A stretch of 24,000 nucleotides of DNA from Peptoniphilus sp. GNH (lineage in GTDB: Bacteria; Bacillota; Clostridia; Tissierellales; Peptoniphilaceae). The notes beneath the pieces were generated by a model. The model was not told the DNA's origin. It made no database searches and was given only the letters and a program-made list of their open reading frames with translations. Position 1 is the stretch's first letter, and every line of letters starts with the position of its first letter. A program made the position numbers and the translations under genes. Below, one piece after another: positions 18,784 through 24,000 of this stretch. Location of the stretch: assembly GCA_021307325.1 (NCBI GenBank), contig CP089931.1:310979-334978 (forward strand). Direction: 5' to 3'.

Positions 18784-18814
18784 AAAAAAGAAATTTGATT
18801 TTCAAATTTTTTTT
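18784..18814 (+). promoter_or_regulatory. A/T palindrome in the 5' leader (candidate operator or weak attenuator hairpin)
   Basis: AAATTTGA (18791-18798), TTT, then TCAAATTT (18802-18809), flanked by an A6 run upstream and a T-run downstream. It lies about +15 to +40 from the predicted TSS. Confidence 0.3.
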
Positions 18815-18855
18815 GAACTAAAAGAAACGTTTTCTAGTCGCAAAGGGGTGGTGAT

Positions 18856-20937
18856 ATGTCTTTTTTCAAAAAAAAGAAGTCTTCTGGCAAAAAGAAGGCT
18901 TTTGAAGAAAAGAAAGAAACTGTAACCGAAAAAGTTGAAAAGGTTTCTGCGACAAAAGAAGTGGAAACAGAAAGTAAATCAAAAGAGGGTGGAGGTAAAA
19001 GTATGTATAGACCAAACGAAGCACAAGAAGCATTGCGTAGAAAAGTAAGAGAGTTTGCTGAAGCTGAAGTAAAGCCCATAGCTTTTTCACTGGACCAAAA
19101 CAATGAATATCCAGATGAAATTGTCGCTAAAATGGCAGAACTAGGCATAATGGGATTGCCTTATGAAAAGAAATATGGTGGAAGCGAAGAAGGTGCTGTT
19201 GCTTATGCAATAGCAGTTGAAGAACTATCAAGAGTAGATGGTGGTGTTGGTGTTATTTTGTCGGCCCATACATCTTTAGGATCATATCCTATTGAAGCTT
19301 TTGGAAATGAAGCTCAAAAAGAAAAATATTTAGTGCCTCTAGCTAAGGGTGAAAAAGTAGGGGCATTTGGACTTACAGAACCAGAAGCTGGATCTGATGC
19401 AAGTGGTACTCAAACAACCGCTGAATTGGATGGCGACTATTACATTTTAAATGGAAATAAGATATTTATAACAAATGCTCCTAAGGCAGATACATATGTT
19501 GTATTTGCAGTTACAACTCCAGGCATAGGCACTCATGGAATTTCAGCTTTCATAGTTGAAAAAGGATGGGAAGGATTCACATTTGGAGATCACTATGACA
19601 AATTGGGTATCAGATCTTCAACTACCGCAGAATTAATTTTCAACAATGTAAAAGTCCCAAAAGAAAATTTATTAGGTCAAGAAGGTCAAGGATTTAGAAT
19701 TGCAATGCAAACTCTTGACGGTGGCAGAATAGGTATAGCAGCTCAAGCGCTTGGAATTGCACAAGGAGCATATGAAGCAGCTTTAGCTTATGCAAAGGAA
19801 AGAATTCAATTTGGAAGACCTATAGCTCAACAACAAGCTATATCATTCAAGCTTGCAGATATGGCAACTAAACTTAGAGCAGCTAGACTTATGATATATT
19901 CAGCAGCTGAAATGAAACAAAATCATGAAAACTTTGGTATGGAAGCTGCCATGGCAAAGATGTATGCATCTGATGTAGCTATGGAAATTACGAATGACGC
20001 ACTTCAAATCCATGGAGGAAATGGCTATTTGAAGGGAATGGAAGTTGAAAGACACTACAGAGATGCTAAGATTACGCAAATCTATGAAGGAACAAATGAG
20101 ATTCAAAGAGTTGTAATTGCATCAAATATTATTGGAAGATTGCCAAAACGTGGAGGTTCAAAGGGTGGGCCAGCTCCTGCAGCAAAACAAGGCCCCATTA
20201 CAGGCGAAAGAAAAAGAGAAATAATAAAGGCTGATACTGCACAAGAAGCGGTGGATAAATTAGTCGCAAGCTTAAAAAAGGACGGATATGATTTTTCCGT
20301 AGGAATTGATATAGATACACCTATTTCAGATGCTGAAAGAGTAGTAAGTGTTGGTAAAGGTATAGGCTCAGCAGAAAATCTTGAAAAAGCAAAGGTTTTG
20401 GCTCATGCAGCTGGAGCAGCTTTAGGATCTTCAAGACCAGTAGCTGAAAACATGAAATTACTTCCACTTGAAAGATATGTTGGTATGTCTGGTCAAAAAT
20501 TCAGAGGAAATCTTTATATAGCACTTGGCATATCTGGAGCATCTCAACATTTAAAAGGTATAAAAGATGCATCGACGATAGTTGCAATAAATAAAAATGC
20601 CGGAGCTCCTATATTTAAAAATGCTGACTATGGAATAGTTGGAGATATGAATGAAATCATGCCATTGTTGGCTAAAGCCTTGGGAACTGGAGAAAAAAAA
20701 CCGGCACCACCAATGAAAAAAGTAAGAAGATCAAAACCAAGAAAGCTAGCACCAAACTATGACGTTCACGTTTGCGTTGGCTGCGGATATGAATATGATC
20801 CAAATGTAGGAGACCCAGAAGCTGAAATAAGCCCAGGAACAATGTTCGAAAAATTGCCAGAAGATTGGGTATGCCCAAATTGCCAAGAAGAAAAATCTGG
20901 ATTTATAGTAGAAAACTATCCAGCTGACAGAAAATAA
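18856..20937 (+). CDS. Tri-domain fusion of acyl-CoA dehydrogenase, ETF-alpha C-terminal FAD-binding domain and rubredoxin, with a Lys/Glu-rich N-terminal extension
   Basis: The ACAD domain spans about 19003-20140 (GLTEPEAGSDA; catalytic-base context IYEGTNEIQ, Glu codon 20086-20088). The ETF-alpha FAD domain spans about 20341-20685 (VVSVGKGIGS, SSRPVAE, YIALGISGASQHLKGI, IVAINKNAGAPIF, ADYGIVGD). The rubredoxin spans about 20758-20910 (CVGCG at 20773-20787, CPNC at 20872-20883). An alternative internal start is ATG 19003, with GGAGG 7 nt upstream. Confidence 0.85.
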   Translation: MSFFKKKKSSGKKKAFEEKKETVTEKVEKVSATKEVETESKSKEGGGKSMYRPNEAQEALRRKVREFAEAEVKPIAFSLDQNNEYPDEIVAKMAELGIMGLPYEKKYGGSEEGAVAYAIAVEELSRVDGGVGVILSAHTSLGSYPIEAFGNEAQKEKYLVPLAKGEKVGAFGLTEPEAGSDASGTQTTAELDGDYYILNGNKIFITNAPKADTYVVFAVTTPGIGTHGISAFIVEKGWEGFTFGDHYDKLGIRSSTTAELIFNNVKVPKENLLGQEGQGFRIAMQTLDGGRIGIAAQALGIAQGAYEAALAYAKERIQFGRPIAQQQAISFKLADMATKLRAARLMIYSAAEMKQNHENFGMEAAMAKMYASDVAMEITNDALQIHGGNGYLKGMEVERHYRDAKITQIYEGTNEIQRVVIASNIIGRLPKRGGSKGGPAPAAKQGPITGERKREIIKADTAQEAVDKLVASLKKDGYDFSVGIDIDTPISDAERVVSVGKGIGSAENLEKAKVLAHAAGAALGSSRPVAENMKLLPLERYVGMSGQKFRGNLYIALGISGASQHLKGIKDASTIVAINKNAGAPIFKNADYGIVGDMNEIMPLLAKALGTGEKKPAPPMKKVRRSKPRKLAPNYDVHVCVGCGYEYDPNVGDPEAEISPGTMFEKLPEDWVCPNCQEEKSGFIVENYPADRK

Positions 20938-20948
20938 GGGAGGAAATC

Positions 20949-22193
20949 ATGTATAATATCAGAAAAGTAGCAGAAGATTTATATTTTGTGGGAGGAAACG
21001 ACAAAAGAATTGAACTGTTTGAAAACATGTTTCCAATCCCAGATGGAGTTTCTTACAACTCATATTTATTGATGGACGAAAAAACTGTTTTAGTAGATTC
21101 AGTTGACTGGTCAATAGCAAGGGACTATATAAGAAAAGTTGAAATAGTTCTTGATGGAAGAGACCTTGACTATCTTTTAATTCATCATATGGAGCCAGAT
21201 CACTGCGGAGCAATTGAAGAAATTTGCATAAGATATCCAAACGTTCAAATTATATCTAGTGAACAAGCTTTCCAATTTATGAGACAAATGGGCTACCACA
21301 TCCCAGAAGATCAATTAGTTATAGTAAAAGAAGGCGACACTATGAGCTTCGGAAAGCACACTTTAGCATTTTTGGAAGCTCCAATGGTTCACTGGCCTGA
21401 AGTTTTAATGTCTCTTGATACTTATAATGGAGTTTTGTTCTCAGCGGACGGATTTGGTTCATTCAAATCAATGGACGGAAAACTTTTTGCAGACGAAGTA
21501 GATTGGGAAAGAGACTGGCTTGATGAAGCTAGAAGATACCTCACAAATATAGTTGGAAAATATGGACCATTTATCCAAGATATCTTGAGAAAAGCTGGAC
21601 CACTTCTGCCAAAGGTAAAATATATTTGCCCTCTACACGGACTTGTTTGGAGAGATAATTTAGGCTTCTTTATAGAAAAATATGACAAGTGGTCAAAGTA
21701 TGAACCAGAAGAAGAAGGAGTTCTTATAGTTTATGCCTCAATGTATGGCAATACAGCAAATGCAGCACAAGAGTTGGCAAACAATTTGGTAATGAAGGGT
21801 GTAAAGAAGGTAGAAGTGTATGACGTATCCAAGACAGATATATCATACTTGATTGCCAAGACTTTCCAATATTCACATCTAGTACTTGCATCTGTAACTT
21901 ACAACTTGGGAATCTATCCTAAGATGAAGAATTTCCTTCATGATTTAGCAGCTCTTAATGTTCAAAATAGGACAGTTGGTATAATTGAAAATGGAACTTG
22001 GGCTTGTACAGTTGGTGACAAGATGGAAGAATTCATAAATGAAAACTTGAAACTTTTCGATGTACTTTCTGAAAGAGTTACAATTAATACTTCTTTAAAT
22101 GTTGCAAATAAAAACGACATGAACTCTCTTGAAGATTCAATAGTTGAATCAATGAAAAATATAAGAGAATTAAAAGAAAAACAAGCTAAATAA
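20949..22193 (+). CDS. Class-A flavodiiron protein (FprA / rubredoxin:oxygen oxidoreductase type; O2/NO reductase)
   Basis: 414 aa. The metallo-beta-lactamase-like domain has the diiron ligand motifs HMEPDH (21186-21203), VHWPE, FSADGFG and CPLHG. The flavodoxin-like domain contains VLIVYASMYGNTANAA. GGGAGG SD precedes the start, 11 nt after the upstream stop. Confidence 0.9.
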   Translation: MYNIRKVAEDLYFVGGNDKRIELFENMFPIPDGVSYNSYLLMDEKTVLVDSVDWSIARDYIRKVEIVLDGRDLDYLLIHHMEPDHCGAIEEICIRYPNVQIISSEQAFQFMRQMGYHIPEDQLVIVKEGDTMSFGKHTLAFLEAPMVHWPEVLMSLDTYNGVLFSADGFGSFKSMDGKLFADEVDWERDWLDEARRYLTNIVGKYGPFIQDILRKAGPLLPKVKYICPLHGLVWRDNLGFFIEKYDKWSKYEPEEEGVLIVYASMYGNTANAAQELANNLVMKGVKKVEVYDVSKTDISYLIAKTFQYSHLVLASVTYNLGIYPKMKNFLHDLAALNVQNRTVGIIENGTWACTVGDKMEEFINENLKLFDVLSERVTINTSLNVANKNDMNSLEDSIVESMKNIRELKEKQAK

Positions 22194-22250
22194 AAATATA
22201 AAATCTAAAATAGACTCATTAGTTAAAGTCTGATTTATAAATAATATTGT

Positions 22251-22297
22251 GTATCAACCTAAATCCTTTTATAAGGGTGAAGGTTGATACATTTTTT
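22251..22297 (+). terminator. Rho-independent terminator of the ACAD-fusion/FDP operon
   Basis: A 10-bp stem pairs GTATCAACCT (22251-22260) with AGGTTGATAC (22281-22290). An inner CCTT/AAGG pairing lies within the loop. ATTTTTT follows. Confidence 0.85.
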
Positions 22298-22576
22298 ATG
22301 TACAAAATTTGCCTGCTTTTATTGAAATTTATTTCGGTCTAAATTTAAATTTTATTAAAGTTTTAGACTACTTTAAGCTGTATTTTATGCTAAATATCTG
22401 TATGGATTTTGGAAAAAATATATAAGCATTTAATTTAAGTGTTTGTATAATTATTAGATTCAATTTGAAAACTAAAAGATTTTTAGAACTTAATTGAAGT
22501 CCTTCAATATTTCTATTTAATACTTTTCAAATAATATCTTGATATTTTCAATTGCATTTGTTAACTATTTTTGGCA

Positions 22577-22613
22577 TAAAAAACCTCCTGATTGGTTTTG
22601 ATTCAATCAGGAG
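22577..22613 (-). terminator. Rho-independent terminator of the minus-strand GNAT-MaoC pair
   Basis: Plus-strand CTCCTGATTG (22585-22594) pairs with CAATCAGGAG (22604-22613). On the minus-strand transcript the hairpin is followed by GTTTTTTATG (plus A6 at 22578-22583). It lies 64 nt past the MaoC stop. Confidence 0.8.
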
Positions 22614-22677
22614 ATTTACATCGAATTAAAAATTTAAAAAATTATTTAAAATAAATATTACATGTTAACATAAAAAC

Positions 22678-23118
22678 TTATTTTCTTTTCTGGCTCATCC
22701 ATTTTACTTTTGCTTGTAAAACTAATTCATCTTTTTGATTGTAAGTCTTAAACTGAATTTTTATTGTTCCTACATTTCTTGGGGCTAAATCAACAAGCTC
22801 AATTACTTCAAGAGTTGATCTTAAAGTGTCGCCGGCATATACGGGTTTAATCCAGGACAAATCGTCTATTCCCATGCCTGCAACTATGGCTGAATCATCT
22901 TTAATCATTTCGACATATTTTCCCCAAGCAAAAGAAAGTGTAAATAGGCCAGATGCGAAGATGGATTTGAACTGAGTTTTTGATGCTGCTTTTTCGTCTA
23001 AGTGCATAGGCCTTGGGTCATATAATTTAGCAAAATTAATCATCTCATCTGCTTCTATCAAGTGTGGAGGTATTTCTACAATCTCATTTAATTTATAGTC
23101 TTCAAAATAAATTTTCAT
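22678..23118 (-). CDS. MaoC-like (R)-specific enoyl-CoA hydratase / hot-dog-fold dehydratase
   Basis: 146 aa. FAKLYDPRPMHLDEKAA and FKSIFASGLFTLSF match the MaoC dehydratase hot-dog signature. The ATGA junction overlaps the upstream GNAT stop. Confidence 0.8.
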   Translation of the reverse strand: MKIYFEDYKLNEIVEIPPHLIEADEMINFAKLYDPRPMHLDEKAASKTQFKSIFASGLFTLSFAWGKYVEMIKDDSAIVAGMGIDDLSWIKPVYAGDTLRSTLEVIELVDLAPRNVGTIKIQFKTYNQKDELVLQAKVKWMSQKRK

Positions 23119-23387
23119 AAGGCTTGTATATCCTTATATTTGCCTGTTTCTAATTTTTTAACAACATATGAGCAAGTAGCTTTTATTTTTAAATTATTTT
23201 CCTTAGCGTAGGATATAAGTCTATCAAATAATTTGCCAGCTATACCTTGTCCCTGAAGACTTTCGTCTACGATTGTGTGGTTTACATTAATGATTCCATT
23301 TCCTAAATCTTCCCAAGTGATTTTTGCAATTGCGTTTTCTTCTGAATCACCAAGATAGATTATCTTATTACCAATATTAAAATTCAT
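23115..23387 (-). CDS. Small GNAT-family N-acetyltransferase (YjdJ-like, single-domain)
   Basis: 90 aa. LQGQGIAGKLFDRLISYAKENNLKIKATCSYV is the Q/RxxGxG/A acetyl-CoA-binding motif in a YjdJ-type context. I placed the start at ATG 23387 (GGAG 8 nt upstream). The ORF-track GTG 23396 is the alternative. Confidence 0.8.
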   Translation of the reverse strand: MNFNIGNKIIYLGDSEENAIAKITWEDLGNGIINVNHTIVDESLQGQGIAGKLFDRLISYAKENNLKIKATCSYVVKKLETGKYKDIQAL

Positions 23388-23654
23388 TCTAATCACTCCT
23401 TATATCAATTTACCCACTAATCAAAAAATTATTTATCATTTCTAAATATAACAGCTATGTGTAAAGCAAAATAAGATTGAACAGTTTAAATAAAAAGTAC
23501 TTAATTAGGTATTTTATTTAGGAAACGTATGCAAAACTTTAATATACCAGATAAGAAAGTTTAAAAAACTTAGTGAAAATAGGCGCTAATCCTTTTAAAA
23601 ATCCTGTAATGGCTTAAATATATTTAAATATAGTAAATATTATGCGTGAATCTG

Positions 23655-23663
23655 TGATATAAT
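23655..23663 (+). promoter_or_regulatory. Extended -10 promoter element upstream of the EF-G-like gene
   Basis: TGaTATAAT, with TG at 23655-23656 and TATAAT at 23658-23663, lies 33 nt upstream of ATG 23696. There is no convincing -35. Confidence 0.5.
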
Positions 23664-23695
23664 CATTATAAAGAAAACGTTAACAGGAGGAATTT

Positions 23696-24000
23696 ATGAA
23701 GGTTTATAAAACGGAACAGATAAGAAATTTAGCCCTTGTAGGTCACAGTGGAAGCGGAAAGACTAATCTTACTGAGGCCATGCTTTTCCAAAGTGGTGTT
23801 ACTAAGAAACTGGGTAACGTGTCTGAAAAAAATACTTTATCAGACTTCACAAAAGAAGAAATGGAAAGAGGTTCTTCAATAGGCACTTCTATAATACCGA
23901 TTGAGTGGCGTAATTATAAGATAAATATAATAGACACGCCCGGATATATGGACTTTATAGGCGAAGCTTACAGTGCTCTCAGGGCATCAGAAGCTGCTCT
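23696..24000 (+). CDS. EF-G family GTPase paralogue (EF-G2-like), 5' part only (runs off the window)
   Basis: AGGAGG SD lies 6 nt before ATG 23696. The frame stays open to the window end. The translation is MKVYKTEQIRNLALVGHSGSGKTNLTEAML...ERGSSI...IIDTPGYMDF, giving G1, G2 and G3 motifs of translational GTPases with non-canonical G1 GHSGSGKT. Confidence 0.8.
   Translation, partial: MKVYKTEQIRNLALVGHSGSGKTNLTEAMLFQSGVTKKLGNVSEKNTLSDFTKEEMERGSSIGTSIIPIEWRNYKINIIDTPGYMDFIGEAYSALRASEAA

Noticed and set aside
18737-19148. ORF-track entries 18737..18925 (+), 18834..19148 (-) and 18866..19090 (-) around the start of the fusion gene
   Set aside because: The plus-strand ORF starts on the TTG of the -35 hexamer (TTGACA) and runs through the leader. 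The minus-strand ORFs are shadows of the purine-rich Lys/Glu region. None has an SD or family similarity.
22337-22368. An imperfect A/T inverted repeat (GTCTAAA ... TTTAGAC) in the convergent spacer
   Set aside because: It has only 7 clean base pairs and an 18-nt A/T loop, so its predicted stability is very low. It is mentioned under the spacer finding but is not callable as a feature.
22662-22671. A perfect 10-bp palindrome ATGTTAACAT just downstream of the MaoC stop
   Set aside because: It is short and A/T-rich, is expected by chance in this composition, and has no partner site or flanking structure.
18737-23396. The idea that the ACAD-fusion/FDP operon and the GNAT-MaoC pair form a horizontally acquired island
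   Set aside because: There are no integrase, transposase, tRNA or direct-repeat boundaries. The somewhat higher GC seen by eye is comparable to other highly conserved genes here (dnaK, lepA). A compositional claim would need actual GC/codon statistics, which I cannot compute.
1-24000. A search for CRISPR arrays, tandem repeats, IS elements, tRNA/rRNA genes, riboswitches or T-boxes
   Set aside because: I saw no regularly spaced direct repeats, no terminal inverted repeats with a transposase, and no cloverleaf-like GC-rich segments. No long structured leader precedes any gene. The intergenic regions are short or A/T-rich without conserved-looking cores.

Overview
The window comes from a low-GC Firmicute (Bacillota) chromosome, and most of it is conserved housekeeping sequence. 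The gene order is a TIGR01212 radical-SAM cluster, an AlaX-like gene (-), comEC-holA (+), rpsT/hemW/lepA (-), and then a divergent CIRCE-controlled hrcA-grpE-dnaK-dnaJ operon. That operon is followed by prmA-rsmE-mtaB-hit-DUF1836 (+). The protein sequences and the absence of gpr/spoIIP-type sporulation genes suggest a non-sporulating anaerobe of the Peptoniphilaceae/Tissierellia type, but this is inference only. I found no rRNA, tRNA, CRISPR array, IS element or phage gene. The most unusual locus is a self-contained two-gene operon at 18737-22297. It has a near-consensus extended -10 promoter and a strong terminator. Its first gene is a triple fusion of an acyl-CoA dehydrogenase, the ETF-alpha FAD domain and a rubredoxin; the second is a class-A flavodiiron protein. 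Together they look like a hard-wired acyl-CoA-to-O2/NO electron-transfer chain. Secondary curiosities are listed here.
- A tightly coupled four-gene radical-SAM cluster contains an unlisted 32-aa membrane micropeptide.
- An AlaX-L-like protein appears to have lost its zinc ligands.
- The fusion gene has two candidate starts and a Lys/Glu-rich N-terminal extension.
- An A/T palindrome lies in the fusion-gene leader.
- A GNAT-MaoC pair is translationally coupled.
- An EF-G paralogue is truncated by the window edge.
All family assignments come from motif recognition by eye. No database search or computation was run.
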